DNA of 64,000 bases from positions 152,393-216,392 of the forward strand of contig CAYYKL010000001.1 of the NCBI GenBank assembly GCA_964441155.1, written 5' to 3'. The position numbers and the translations under genes were made by a program. Below the pieces are notes generated by a model, which saw nothing but the letters and a program-made list of their open reading frames with translations, made no database searches and had not been told where the DNA came from. This document shows, piece after piece, positions 38,678 through 48,739 of this stretch. This DNA comes from an uncultured Pseudomonadales bacterium. GTDB lineage: Bacteria; Patescibacteriota; Microgenomatia; UBA1400; RBG-16-45-19. Every line of letters starts with the position of its first letter. Position 1 is the stretch's first letter.

Positions 38678-39112
38678 TTAGCGCTTGGGTGATTGTTTCT
38701 TGCGGCGGGCTTTGCCACCAGTGCCCACTTTTCTGGACTCTTTCATGCGAGAGTCTCTGGTAAGCAAGCCTTCGGCTTTGAGCAGAGAATGATATTTTTC
38801 TTTGTTGAGGATATCAAGCGCTCGAGCCAGACCGTGAACCACAGCATCTAGCTGGGCTTTTTTGCCTGATCCAACCACTTTGGCTGAAAAACTCATTTTG
38901 TTTTCTGCGCCAACTGTTTTGAAAGGTAATAAATATCGCGCTGTGGACAAAACCCCAGGGAAATATTTGCCAGCTGGAACACCATTGACGAGCAAATCAC
39001 CTTGCTTATTGAACAGGCGAACCCGAGCGGTAGCGACTTTGCGTCTTCCAACAGCAAAGATATATTCCTTTTTGACTTTTGGTTTAACTTTGACTGGTAT
39101 GGGTTGTTCCAT
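38678..39112 (-). CDS. rpsI: 30S ribosomal protein S9 (with N-terminal Lys/Val/Pro-rich extension).
   Basis: GRRKVATARVRL and the C-terminal GGKARRKKQSPKR. Follows rplM as in the canonical rplM-rpsI pair. Confidence 0.9.
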   Translation of the reverse strand: MEQPIPVKVKPKVKKEYIFAVGRRKVATARVRLFNKQGDLLVNGVPAGKYFPGVLSTARYLLPFKTVGAENKMSFSAKVVGSGKKAQLDAVVHGLARALDILNKEKYHSLLKAEGLLTRDSRMKESRKVGTGGKARRKKQSPKR

Positions 39113-39130
39113 GGCGTTTTTTACCTTTAA

Positions 39131-39556
39131 TTATTTCTTAGCGAGACCTAGTTCATTGGTATATGTGTGCGCTTCGTCGACAAACACTTTGAGGCGTTTC
39201 AGTCGAGGAGCACGCAATTTGTTTTTGGGCAACATGCCTTTAACGGATTCAAGAATTATCTTTTTAGGGTCTTTTTCCAGCTGCTCACCAAGCGTCCATT
39301 CTTTAAAGCCACCCGGGTAACCACTATGAGAGCGATACAATTTGCCCTTAAGCTTGTTGCCGGTCACTTTAAACTTGGCTGCATTCGTGATAACCACGTA
39401 ATCTCCACAATCAAGGTGAGGCACGTATGATTGTTTGTGCTTGCCGATTAACAGCGTGGCAATCTTGGTTGAAACTCGACCGAGTGTTTGATCGGTCAAA
39501 TCAATAAGATGCCAAGCTCTGGTAATATCGTTTGCTGACATGTTGGTAGATTTCAT
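39131..39556 (-). CDS. rplM: 50S ribosomal protein L13.
   Basis: ITRAWHLIDLTDQTLGRVSTKIATLLIGKHK...SHSGYPGG. Confidence 0.9.
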   Translation of the reverse strand: MKSTNMSANDITRAWHLIDLTDQTLGRVSTKIATLLIGKHKQSYVPHLDCGDYVVITNAAKFKVTGNKLKGKLYRSHSGYPGGFKEWTLGEQLEKDPKKIILESVKGMLPKNKLRAPRLKRLKVFVDEAHTYTNELGLAKK

Positions 39557-39565
39557 ATAACCCTT

Positions 39566-40129
39566 TTAAACACTTGCTTTCCTGGTGGTTGGTTTTTTGA
39601 TGATCGCAGTATTAGTAGCAGTTGGCTTCATGGCTTTGGTGACCGGGGTTTGGATATTGGCATTCGACTTAACTGGAGCCTTAGTTGTTTTAGCTTTCTT
39701 GCCGACCTTTGCAGCGTCTGCTTTGGTCGCGATCTTAGAGGCTTTATCTTTAGGCTCTGGTTTGGCAATCACCACTTTGTCTACCCATTCAAGCTGCACC
39801 ATTTCAGCTTGATCACCTCGTCTGAAATCACCTTTTATGATTCGAGTAAAACCCGACGTTCGTGATTTGGTCAGGGGTGCAATCTCGTTTACCATTTTTC
39901 CTACCAATGAGCGCTTAGTTAAGAATCGCCCAATCATGCGCTGATTATGCACATCACCCACCTTGGCTTTGGTCATGAGTTTATCAGCCATGGCTTGCAC
40001 CGACTTGGCTTTTGCCATAGTGGTGGTTATCGAACCATATTCAACGAGACTCGCGATAAGGTTTCGAAACAAGGCTTTGCGGTGGTTATGATCGCGGTTT
40101 AATTTGCGACCGTAGACATTGTGACGCAT
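39566..40129 (-). CDS. rplQ: 50S ribosomal protein L17, with a long C-terminal Lys/Ala/Thr-rich extension.
   Basis: MRHNVYGRKLNRDHNHRKALFRNLIASLVEYGSITTT, followed by an approximately 70 aa low-complexity tail. Confidence 0.85.
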   Translation of the reverse strand: MRHNVYGRKLNRDHNHRKALFRNLIASLVEYGSITTTMAKAKSVQAMADKLMTKAKVGDVHNQRMIGRFLTKRSLVGKMVNEIAPLTKSRTSGFTRIIKGDFRRGDQAEMVQLEWVDKVVIAKPEPKDKASKIATKADAAKVGKKAKTTKAPVKSNANIQTPVTKAMKPTATNTAIIKKPTTRKASV

Positions 40130-40133
40130 GTGA

Positions 40134-41063
40134 TTATTCCGATATTAAATCGACTCCTTTTTTCTGCAATGCCTCACGGACGGTGTCGACTGACTTTTCA
40201 CCCAGGTTTTTGACTTTGGCTATTTCTTGATGATTGGCCTGAGTCAATTCTTTGACCGACTTGTAACCACCTTTTCGCAGAGCATTTGCAATGCGAGTGG
40301 GCAATTCCAACTCCTCAACGGTCAATCGGAAGACTTCATCTTCAATTGAAGCACTTAAAACTGGAGCAGCAGCAACCTGAGACACGACTGGTTCATATAC
40401 TTGTTTGAAATGATCAACCAAGATTCGAGCCGCTTTTTCCAAAGCTTCTTGAGGTTTGATGGCACCAGTTGTCCAGATGTCCATTAAAAGGTTATCAAAA
40501 TCAGTTCGGCGTCCAACACGAGTGGCTTCGATTTTGTAAGCAACGCGACTCACCGGAGAAAAAGAAGCATCAACTGGGATTTCACCCAATTTAGGCGCGG
40601 TTTCCTCAGCAGCTAAGCGATAGCCTCGTCCACGAGTGATGGTCATCTCAACGGAAAGCTCGTTCTTTTTTTCTGCCAAAATAGCCAAATGCTGTTCTGG
40701 ATTGGCCAACGTTACTCCTGGTTGCAGGGTAATATCGGCTCCAGTGACGGTTTTAGGACCTTTTGCAGAGAGTGAAACGGTAATCTCATCAGTGCCTTCA
40801 GATTGAATCATGAAGTGCAATTCTTTAATGTTTAAAATCAAATCAACGACATCTTCTTCCATGCCTTCGAGGGTGGTGAATTGGTGATGCACACCATTAA
40901 CCACAACTTTGGTCACTGCAGCTCCTTCAATGGAAGTAAGCAGGACTCGGCGAAGACTGACTCCCAGCGTGTGTCCGTAACCTTTTTCTAAAGGCTCAAT
41001 ACTAAGCCTCGCATAATTGCCCTCATCGATGACGGGCGTGATAGTAAATGTTGGTTGCAGCAT
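40134..41063 (-). CDS. rpoA: DNA-directed RNA polymerase subunit alpha.
   Basis: N-terminal and C-terminal alpha-subunit domains (IEPLEKGYGHTLG...RRVLL). Start placed at the ATG at 41063, which has a strong Shine-Dalgarno sequence (AAGGAG, 5 nt spacer). The track start at 41120 adds 19 N-terminal residues. Confidence 0.9.
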   Translation of the reverse strand: MLQPTFTITPVIDEGNYARLSIEPLEKGYGHTLGVSLRRVLLTSIEGAAVTKVVVNGVHHQFTTLEGMEEDVVDLILNIKELHFMIQSEGTDEITVSLSAKGPKTVTGADITLQPGVTLANPEQHLAILAEKKNELSVEMTITRGRGYRLAAEETAPKLGEIPVDASFSPVSRVAYKIEATRVGRRTDFDNLLMDIWTTGAIKPQEALEKAARILVDHFKQVYEPVVSQVAAAPVLSASIEDEVFRLTVEELELPTRIANALRKGGYKSVKELTQANHQEIAKVKNLGEKSVDTVREALQKKGVDLISE

Positions 41064-41157
41064 GGTTGCTCCTTTCTTTTCTTTAGGTAAGTTGTGTCCC
41101 GTTGCTTTCTTTCCATGCATACGTAGAAAGCAACCTCTGTTTCAACTACCGTAAATA

Positions 41158-41763
41158 TTACCTTGAGTAGTACTCCACGATTAAATTTTCATCAATCTGG
41201 GCATCAACATGTTCTCGATCAGGCAATGATGAAATCTTGCCCACATTTGCCTTGCGCTCGAGCCAGCTGGGGACATTTGATTTTTGCTCAAGCATGGAGG
41301 CAATCGCTGGGATTTTTATAGCTTTGGCGCTCAGCGCAATGATGTCTCCTACACTGACTTCGTACGACGGAATATCAACTTTTTTGTTATTAACGGTCAC
41401 ATGACCATGAGACACTAATTGCCTTGCAGCTGCGCGGGTTGGTGCCATGCCTAAACGATACAAAGTGTTATCCAGGCGTAATTCAAGAAGTCGCAAGAAT
41501 TCAACACCAGTTGCCGCCGGATTACGCTGGGCCTTTTCCATGTAACTCCTGAATTGTTTTTCAAGAATGCCATAAATGTAGCGGGTTTTTTGCTTTTCTA
41601 ACAGTTGGATACCAAAGTTAGATTTCTTGCGCGTGCCTTTTCGGCCGTGTTGACCAGGGGGAATATTAAGGCGGCGCTGCAGCTTAGTTGCATTAGTTTT
41701 CAAACCCAAGTCAACTGCAAAGCGACGAGCAATTTTGTTTTTTGGTCCGGTTTCTCTTGCCAT
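41158..41763 (-). CDS. rpsD: 30S ribosomal protein S4.
   Basis: MARETGPKNKIARRF...S4 domain. Confidence 0.9.
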   Translation of the reverse strand: MARETGPKNKIARRFAVDLGLKTNATKLQRRLNIPPGQHGRKGTRKKSNFGIQLLEKQKTRYIYGILEKQFRSYMEKAQRNPAATGVEFLRLLELRLDNTLYRLGMAPTRAAARQLVSHGHVTVNNKKVDIPSYEVSVGDIIALSAKAIKIPAIASMLEQKSNVPSWLERKANVGKISSLPDREHVDAQIDENLIVEYYSR

Positions 41764-41796
41764 GGTACTACCCTTTAGTTATTAGATTTCGCGAGT

Positions 41797-42192
41797 TTAG
41801 CGATTATGTTTTTTCTTCCTGGGGCGAGTGCCATTGTGAGCCAAGGGGGTCACGTCGGCGATCATAGTGATGCGATATGGTGTGCCTCGAAGCACACGCA
41901 AGGCCGCATCTCGACCAGGTCCAGGACCTTTAATATAGATTTTAATTTCATGTAAGCCATAGGCATTAGCTTTTTCAAGCACGTCTTCTATGGTTTTGGT
42001 GGCTGCATAAGGGGTGGATTTTCGTGAGCCAGTAAAGCCAACTTTACCAGTCGAACTCCAGGCAATCACATTGCCAGCGGTATCGGTAACCGCAGCCAAC
42101 GTGTTGTTAAATGTGGCAGTGATATACAGGTTCCCTTTAGGCACACTGCGTAAAGGCTGTTTTGATTTGGTGGTGGTTTTAGTGACTGCCAT
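41797..42192 (-). CDS. rpsK: 30S ribosomal protein S11.
   Basis: GNLYITATFNNTLAAVTDTAGN...GSRKSTPYAA. Confidence 0.9.
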   Translation of the reverse strand: MAVTKTTTKSKQPLRSVPKGNLYITATFNNTLAAVTDTAGNVIAWSSTGKVGFTGSRKSTPYAATKTIEDVLEKANAYGLHEIKIYIKGPGPGRDAALRVLRGTPYRITMIADVTPLAHNGTRPRKKKHNR

Positions 42193-42195
42193 ATA

Positions 42196-42591
42196 TTATT
42201 TTTTTGCTTCCTGTTTAGCTGCTTCTTCTTTTTTCATTGCCCCAACGGTCATTCGTTTGCCGCGCCTGGTTCGGGCATTGACGCGCGTGCGCTGCCCGCG
42301 TGCGGGTAAACCAGCAATATGCCTTGAGCCTCGATACGAACCAATGCGCTTGAGTCGCTCCACGTTTTCTCGCAAGAGCGAGCGCAAATTTCCCTCGACT
42401 TGCAATTGCTCGAGAGCTTTTTGCAGTGAGGCAATTTCGGTACGGCTTAATTCTTTAGCCCGTTTGTCAGGGTTAATGTTTGATTCTTTAAGCAGGTTTT
42501 TGGCTCGATGAGGTCCGACACCATAGATATAGGTAAGCGAAACCTCAATGCGTTTGTTTTCTGGTATATCGATTCCAACTAACCTTGGCAT
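42196..42591 (-). CDS. rpsM: 30S ribosomal protein S13.
   Basis: MPRLVGIDIPENKRIEVSLTYIYGVG. Confidence 0.9.
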   Translation of the reverse strand: MPRLVGIDIPENKRIEVSLTYIYGVGPHRAKNLLKESNINPDKRAKELSRTEIASLQKALEQLQVEGNLRSLLRENVERLKRIGSYRGSRHIAGLPARGQRTRVNARTRRGKRMTVGAMKKEEAAKQEAKK

Positions 42592-42616
42592 ACGTTCCTT
42601 AATTTCTTTTTAGTAG

Positions 42617-42730
42617 TTACCCTTGCCTCTGTTTGTGACGAGGGTTCTCGCAAATAACAAAAATCACGCCATGTCGACGGATTATCTTACAGGTTTTGCA
42701 GCGGCGTTTAATACTCGCTTTAACTTTCAT
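42617..42730 (-). CDS. rpmJ: 50S ribosomal protein L36 (not in the supplied ORF track because it is below 60 aa).
   Basis: Hand translation of the reverse complement gives [37 protein letters not shown], a 37 aa zinc-ribbon L36. It lies between infA and rpsM, as expected. Confidence 0.85.
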   Translation of the reverse strand: MKVKASIKRRCKTCKIIRRHGVIFVICENPRHKQRQG

Positions 42731-42808
42731 ATCGATTCTTTTTCAATTGTTAGCAAATCCAGGTGCTTTGTTGTCGCCCCTAGTTTCGCGGATTTTAATG
42801 CAAAGTGA

Positions 42809-43048
42809 CTACTTGGTTCGGAAAGTGATCCGTCCTCGTTTACCATCATAGGGTGTCATTTCGACCTTTACTCGGTCTCCTGGCATCACCCGAATGCGAT
42901 ACAGTCTCATTTTGCCACTTAAGGTACATAGGATTTCTCGACCGGCAAAATCCTCCGGACTAGAATCATCCAATTTCACGCGGAACATCGTATTGGGCAG
43001 TGCCTCAATGATATCTCCCTCATAAACATCAACTTGCGGTTTAGCCAT
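42809..43048 (-). CDS. infA: Translation initiation factor IF-1.
   Basis: S1-like fold GDIIEALPNTMFRVKLDD...LCTLSGKMR...ITFR. Confidence 0.9.
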   Translation of the reverse strand: MAKPQVDVYEGDIIEALPNTMFRVKLDDSSPEDFAGREILCTLSGKMRLYRIRVMPGDRVKVEMTPYDGKRGRITFRTK

Positions 43049-43162
43049 AGGTTTAATGGTTTAATCGCTTTCTTTCAGAGGAATGTATCATGTATGTTTC
43101 ACGCTTATATAAAGACAAAGGGTATTCTACCAGAGTCTCCCATGGGTAACAAGGTTTTGTTT

Positions 43163-43951
43163 TTAATGCCATTCTGTCGGACCAACTGAGCTGTAGACCC
43201 CTCGCATTGACTCAGGCAAAATTGCTGCTAAATGAAGCATCATGGAATCAGCAATTAGTTGTGCTCTTTTCTTGCGATCATCTGGTAATTGACGCTCATC
43301 AAGACCAAGATCTGAAAATCTAAATGGTTCACCAACTCTGATTTCGTTTTGCTCAGTTCCCAAATGTACATTCTTATAGATAATGCCAACAGGCACATAT
43401 AGCAGACGCCCTTCTGGGTCATAGCCAGGCAAATAACCTAACCCTCGCTTAGATGACTGCAGCGTGCCACCATGACTCCTAGTGCCTTCAGGGGCGATTC
43501 CATAAATACCTCCGGGTGACACTATTGCCGCACTAGCCTTGGCTTTCAATCGATCCAGCATGTCTTGCCTTTCTCGTTCTGAGTAATTTTGACTATCGCC
43601 ATCTTGAACCACGGGCACAGGTCGAATTCCTATAGGGGGAAGCATTCGAAATACAGCAGCAGAAAAGGGATCTCGTTTAAAATCAAAATGCTTCATTCCT
43701 GCAGGACCCATCATATCGCCCGCATTTGGTAGGTGAGATAACAAGAAAGAGATGGCAATCGGTGTGTCAGCAATTCTTTGATGATTAACAAATACCCCCA
43801 CAGCTGCATCTCTCAAATGAGTGTTTGCCTGTGAAATATTTTCCGAACTATCAATTGAAACTTCAAATCCGAGTGAGCTCTCAAAAGCGCCCCAAAACTT
43901 TAATCCTGCTTGATACCTTATTGGATGTCTGGCTATTGTTCTTTCGCTCAT
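43163..43951 (-). CDS. Lysophospholipid/1-acyl-glycerol-3-phosphate acyltransferase-like protein (PlsC family).
   Basis: Acyltransferase block I NHQRIADTP (HX4D-like) and block III GIAPEGTRS (FPEGTRS-like). Confidence 0.6.
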   Translation of the reverse strand: MSERTIARHPIRYQAGLKFWGAFESSLGFEVSIDSSENISQANTHLRDAAVGVFVNHQRIADTPIAISFLLSHLPNAGDMMGPAGMKHFDFKRDPFSAAVFRMLPPIGIRPVPVVQDGDSQNYSERERQDMLDRLKAKASAAIVSPGGIYGIAPEGTRSHGGTLQSSKRGLGYLPGYDPEGRLLYVPVGIIYKNVHLGTEQNEIRVGEPFRFSDLGLDERQLPDDRKKRAQLIADSMMLHLAAILPESMRGVYSSVGPTEWH

Positions 43952-44029
43952 TCTTGCATTCTAACATCAACTTTCAAAGGCAAATTATTTCGGAGCGCGT
44001 ACTTAGGATCCTCTTAGGACTCCGCTGCT

Positions 44030-44830
44030 ATGATAGCTTCTCATTTTATGGACTTCAAAATGACTACCTCAAAAAAACGAGCTGGATTCACTCTATTCCT
44101 TTTTGTGGCAATCATTGTTGGGTTTAATGCTTGGAAACATAATCAATCGCAGCCAATTACTGGTGCACCACCGTACAATATCGAGCCCGAGTCGAATGAA
44201 GGCAATGATGCTTGGTCATTGTTTGAATCCTGGAAGCGCCCTGATGGTCCGGCGCGCGTAGGGTTGCAAGTCGGGCATTGGAAAAACGAAGAGGTGCCTA
44301 AGGAACTGGAGCGATTACTCGGCAATACAGGTGCAACGGGCGGTGGCAAGGCAGAATGGGAAGTGAATTATGTTATTGCTACTCACGCAGCTCAATTACT
44401 TAAAGCAAAGGGGGTTATCGTAGACATTTTACCAACCACCGTGCCAAAAGAGTATTGGGCCGATGTATTTTTGGCAATTCATGCCGATGGCAATGAAGAT
44501 AGCTCGTTAACCGGGTATAAATTTGCACATTCTTGGCGGGATTATACGGGCAAAGCGGCCACGCTTATACAACACCTCGAAAACGCCTATGGAAACACCA
44601 TCGACTTGCCAAAAGACACAACCATAAGCCGCAATATGCGAGGATATTATGCCTTTGCCTGGTGGCGATTTGACCACGCTATTCACCCCATGACAGTGGC
44701 GGCCATTGCAGAGACAGGTTTTCTGACCAACAAAAGAGATCAAAAGCTGCTTATCGACTCTCCTGAAATTCCAGCACGAGCATTGGCTGAAGGAATCACA
44801 GACTACCTCAAACAACAATCCTTGCTATAA
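44030..44830 (+). CDS. N-acetylmuramoyl-L-alanine amidase (Amidase_3 family), membrane-anchored.
   Basis: N-terminal TM (FTLFLFVAIIVGF) and the Amidase_3 zinc-site block DVFLAIHADGNED. The start is uncertain: there are ATGs at 44030, 44048 and 44060. Confidence 0.55.
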   Translation: MIASHFMDFKMTTSKKRAGFTLFLFVAIIVGFNAWKHNQSQPITGAPPYNIEPESNEGNDAWSLFESWKRPDGPARVGLQVGHWKNEEVPKELERLLGNTGATGGGKAEWEVNYVIATHAAQLLKAKGVIVDILPTTVPKEYWADVFLAIHADGNEDSSLTGYKFAHSWRDYTGKAATLIQHLENAYGNTIDLPKDTTISRNMRGYYAFAWWRFDHAIHPMTVAAIAETGFLTNKRDQKLLIDSPEIPARALAEGITDYLKQQSLL

Positions 44831-45310
44831 AAAAGAGAGCTCTTCTGCCTCAAGCGGCAATGAGGTTGGTTATATATAAAGAAATGAGCAATAGATTGAT
44901 TTCCGAGAAACCGCTTGATGTGAACACAGAAACTCGTAATAAATAGTAAAGTGCGCAGGAACTAGCCTAACACTTAATCAATCAACGGAAAGTAAATTCT
45001 AGAGAGAATCGTGTCGACTTTTGGCATCAGATCTGTTTTCAGTGGAGTATTGTGATGCAATTACTGAGAGAAAAAGTCCAAACACAAGCAAAATTACAAC
45101 GACGACTACTGACAATGGAATCTGAGAGATTGATTTTTTGGTTTTGGGCATAAATAGCTATTTTGGCTAATTAATTCTTTTATATTGTACCTGCATCCCA
45201 ATGTCAAGTCAGCGGTTGGGCAATATTTTGGCAAGCAAACTCTCAAATATTCCTATCCCAAAGATCACGCGCATGACTGCGTCAATGAAGTGCATAGTTT
45301 TCAAGAATTT

Positions 45311-45574
45311 CTAGCCGAGCTCACTTGAAAGTAATAAATCTACGAAGTCTGGTGGTTTATCGAGACAAGTAAAATCAGCACACTCTTTTGGCCGCCAATT
45401 TGCATCGTGAGCTGCACATGATAAATCTGTTCGCAATTGACTACATCTTTCTCCAGCAGGCTTGAATACACTTCCATCCTCGTTTCTTACTTCAAGAGCA
45501 ATACAGCAGGCACCACAGTTGGGTGAACATACTGCTCGCTCTCCCATAATATTCAGGGACAAAACTTCGTTCAT
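45311..45574 (-). CDS. YkgJ-family Cys-cluster (putative Zn/Fe-binding CxxCxxCC) protein.
   Basis: 87 aa with CSPNCGACC plus downstream Cys residues, matching the UPF0153/YkgJ pattern. A 4 nt gap separates it from map. Confidence 0.5.
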   Translation of the reverse strand: MNEVLSLNIMGERAVCSPNCGACCIALEVRNEDGSVFKPAGERCSQLRTDLSCAAHDANWRPKECADFTCLDKPPDFVDLLLSSELG

Positions 45575-45577
45575 TTT

Positions 45578-46315
45578 TTACTGGGTTATAATTTCTGGCC
45601 CATTTTCGGTCACGATCACATCTTCTTCAAACATGCCCGATAATTTGCCATCCGCAGTGCGCAGCGTCCAACCATCAGGATCTTTTTGGAGTTGCCAATC
45701 GCCCGCCATATACATAGCCTCAACGGCTAAAACCATTCCAGATTGCAATTTAACCGAAAGATCTGGGTCTAAAGAATCGTAGAGCGGAATTTGGGGTTCT
45801 TCGTGCATGGTTGAGCCAAGTCCATGCCCACACAAATCGCGAGTTACACTATATCCTGTGCGCTCCAGGTGCTTTTGCAGGGCTTTAGTGATGTCTCTCA
45901 CCGAATTGCCCGGAATTGCCTGCTTGATGGCTTTGCTGAGTGCTTTTTGACCTGCATGCAGGAATTGTTCTTTCGAATTATCTTCACCAATAAGAATGGT
46001 AGTTGCCACATCGGTGGTGGTGCCGTGATAAAACATGCCGGTATCAATAGTTACAATATCACCAAGCTTTGGTTTTCCCTGAGGAATGCAGTGCACAAAA
46101 CCATCATTGATGCAAATGCAGGTTGCGTGATGATAGCCTTTGACACGCATGAAGGCTGGCTCGCCCCCCGCCTTTTTCATGAGCGCTTGAGCTTGTGCAT
46201 CAATTGCCAGGCAGTCGGCTCCATTGTGAGCCATATCAATTAAATTCAACCGTATATCACGGATGAGTTTGCCGTTCTCACGGAAAATTTCAAGTGTCGC
46301 ACTATCATGAATCAT
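45578..46315 (-). CDS. map: Methionine aminopeptidase, type I.
   Basis: Metal-ligand context FYHGTTTDVATT...GHGLGSTMHEEP...E...E. Confidence 0.9.
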   Translation of the reverse strand: MIHDSATLEIFRENGKLIRDIRLNLIDMAHNGADCLAIDAQAQALMKKAGGEPAFMRVKGYHHATCICINDGFVHCIPQGKPKLGDIVTIDTGMFYHGTTTDVATTILIGEDNSKEQFLHAGQKALSKAIKQAIPGNSVRDITKALQKHLERTGYSVTRDLCGHGLGSTMHEEPQIPLYDSLDPDLSVKLQSGMVLAVEAMYMAGDWQLQKDPDGWTLRTADGKLSGMFEEDVIVTENGPEIITQ

Positions 46316-46334
46316 GGTTTTAACTGCTGCCGAA

Positions 46335-46901
46335 CTATAGTTTGAGATCGTTCACCCGTTGCATGATCTCATTATGAATTTCTTCAATTGACTGCTCGCC
46401 ATTTACTTCGAGTAATTTCCCCTCGCTTTTGTAATATTCAACCACCGGCATGGTTTGCTCATGGAAGAGTTTGATTCGGCGCCTAATCGCCTGTAGATTG
46501 TTGTCTTCGCGAATCTCATCATCCATGCGGCCATACAAACGCCACACTGCTTCTTTTTCCGAGACATTGAGATAGATCACGCCATCGACACCATTCTTAA
46601 ATAACTTAGCTTGCGTCACTGTTCGCGGAAATCCATCCAAAATATAACCTTTGGCATACGCTTCTTTGGCTAGATATTCGTTCACCACTTCGATGGTTTT
46701 ATCATCAGGCATGAGTGAGCCTGAATTAACCACTTCTTTGACGTATCTGCCCCAAGGGGTTTTTTCCCGAGACATTTGCCTAAAAATGTGACCACTAGAA
46801 AGATAGGGAATATTTAATTTCGCCGACATCATGTTGCCTTGCGTCGATTTACCAGCACCTTGAATTCCAATGAGAATAAATTTCATAAGCACTTTAAGCA
46901 T
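46335..46901 (-). CDS. adk: Adenylate kinase (short form without Zn-lid).
   Basis: P-loop GIQGAGKSTQG, and its position between secY and map. Confidence 0.9.
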   Translation of the reverse strand: MLKVLMKFILIGIQGAGKSTQGNMMSAKLNIPYLSSGHIFRQMSREKTPWGRYVKEVVNSGSLMPDDKTIEVVNEYLAKEAYAKGYILDGFPRTVTQAKLFKNGVDGVIYLNVSEKEAVWRLYGRMDDEIREDNNLQAIRRRIKLFHEQTMPVVEYYKSEGKLLEVNGEQSIEEIHNEIMQRVNDLKL

Positions 46902-47011
46902 GAGTTCAATCTAAAAACCCATGAATCCTTTGTATGCTAATTGACGACAGTTCTATTAATGCAACACATCAATGGTGTAGCGAAAGTTCGTTACACCAGT
47001 GATAAATAGCA

Positions 47012-48313
47012 TCAACTTAAGAACTTGTCATAATTATGCATTACTAGTTTCGATTGAATTTGCTGAGTTGTTTCAAGGATTACCGAAACCACAATTAAAA
47101 TTCCCGTGCCACCGATTGAAAGTGATTGCAAATTAGTCATGCCTTGCACAATGGAAGGAAGAATGGCAATAATACCCAAAAACAGCGCTCCCACCAAGGT
47201 GATGCGCATCGTAATAAAGCCCAAGTGGGTGGCAGTGGCTTTGCCGGGTCGAATGCCGGGAATAAAACCACCGTTTTTCTTCAGCTCGTCAGCGATTTTT
47301 TGAGGATCAAAGACAATGGCGGTGTAAAAGTAGGTAAAACCGAATACCAAAATGAAGTAGGTGAGATTATAAACCACACTCTGGGGATTAAACGCGGCTG
47401 TCATTGAAGCTCCGACTTGAATGAGTTGTGGGTTGCTGCTGGCCGTCATAAATCTGCCCACAAGTGAAGGCAAAAGAACTAAGGACACAGCAAAGATAAT
47501 CGGAATGACACCGGCCTGATTAAGCTTCAGTGGCAAAAAGGTCGTTTGACCACCATAGAGTTTTGAGCCACGAATCCGTTTGGCGTAGTGAATCGGCACT
47601 TTGCGAATCGCTTGATTCATGTAGACCACACTGGCAATAACCACAATACTCAGGGCGGCGAATATAGCCAAAGATGCGTAGTTTGCGGCTTGGGTCACAA
47701 ATGCAGTCTGTGCCAAAGAAGTAGGTAATTGCGCCACGATTCCAGCCAAGATAAGCATTGAAATGCCATTGCCAATACCGTATTGAGTGATAAGTTCTCC
47801 GAGCCAAAGTAATAGCATAGAGCCGGCAATCATGGTGGCTACGACGGCAATGGTCTCGACAATGCCACCCGTTACCATGAGATTTTGGCTGCGAAGGAGT
47901 GCCACTACGCCAAAACTTTGAACCACGGCCAGAGGCACGGTTAACCAACGCGTATATTGATTGATTTTTTCTCGACCTGATTCGCCTTCTTTGCTCAACT
48001 CTTCGAGTTTAGGAAATACCATGGTGAGCAATTGCAAGATGATCGATGCATTGATGTACGGTGCCACACCCAAGGCCATGATCGAAAAACTAGCTAACGT
48101 TCCACCTGAAAAAATATTTAGCATGCCTAAAAATTGGTTCGAGGCAAAAAGTTGCCGCAATTGTTCGGTGTTGACTCCAGAAACGGGAATATGAGCGAGC
48201 AAGCGATAGATTGCAAAAATGCCTGCCGTGAAACCAATTTTCTTTTTTAGTTCCGGCACAGAACCGATTTGTTTGATGACGTTAATCAGTTTTTCCACGG
48301 TCGATTGTTCCAC
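47012..48313 (-). CDS. secY: Preprotein translocase subunit SecY.
   Basis: 433 aa with 10 TM helices. N-terminal [27 protein letters not shown]. Confidence 0.9.
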   Translation of the reverse strand: MEQSTVEKLINVIKQIGSVPELKKKIGFTAGIFAIYRLLAHIPVSGVNTEQLRQLFASNQFLGMLNIFSGGTLASFSIMALGVAPYINASIILQLLTMVFPKLEELSKEGESGREKINQYTRWLTVPLAVVQSFGVVALLRSQNLMVTGGIVETIAVVATMIAGSMLLLWLGELITQYGIGNGISMLILAGIVAQLPTSLAQTAFVTQAANYASLAIFAALSIVVIASVVYMNQAIRKVPIHYAKRIRGSKLYGGQTTFLPLKLNQAGVIPIIFAVSLVLLPSLVGRFMTASSNPQLIQVGASMTAAFNPQSVVYNLTYFILVFGFTYFYTAIVFDPQKIADELKKNGGFIPGIRPGKATATHLGFITMRITLVGALFLGIIAILPSIVQGMTNLQSLSIGGTGILIVVSVILETTQQIQSKLVMHNYDKFLS

Positions 48314-48737
48314 CAGCTTTTTCTATGACACTTTGAGCTGATTTGGATGTTAAGAGGGTAACGGTTAACGCTTTGGTTAAATTTCCCCCACCAACAATTT
48401 TAATAGTTCTTTTTGCCAAATCTCGCTTCGAAATTATACCTTTTTCTTGGAGCAATTTCGCGTCAACTTTACTTTTAGCTGGCAAGACATCAAGTAGTCC
48501 AACCTTAATTGGCAACTGCTCTTCTTCGGTTGGCTTAAATCGGTCTTTACCTCGCCAAAAGGGCAAGCGTCGACTTAAAGGGAGTTGACCGCCCTCAAAC
48601 CACATGGCAACTTTTGAACGGGTTTTTTGACCTTTTTGGCCTCGACCGACGGTGTGTCCGCCGACACCTGATCCATACCCACGACCTAATCGTTTGGGTT
48701 GTTTTCCGATGACTGCTGGTAAATTATGTAAATCCAT
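48282..48737 (-). CDS. rplO: 50S ribosomal protein L15.
   Basis: [26 protein letters not shown]. Confidence 0.9.
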   Translation of the reverse strand: MDLHNLPAVIGKQPKRLGRGYGSGVGGHTVGRGQKGQKTRSKVAMWFEGGQLPLSRRLPFWRGKDRFKPTEEEQLPIKVGLLDVLPAKSKVDAKLLQEKGIISKRDLAKRTIKIVGGGNLTKALTVTLLTSKSAQSVIEKAGGTIDRGKTD

Positions 48738-48739
48738 AG

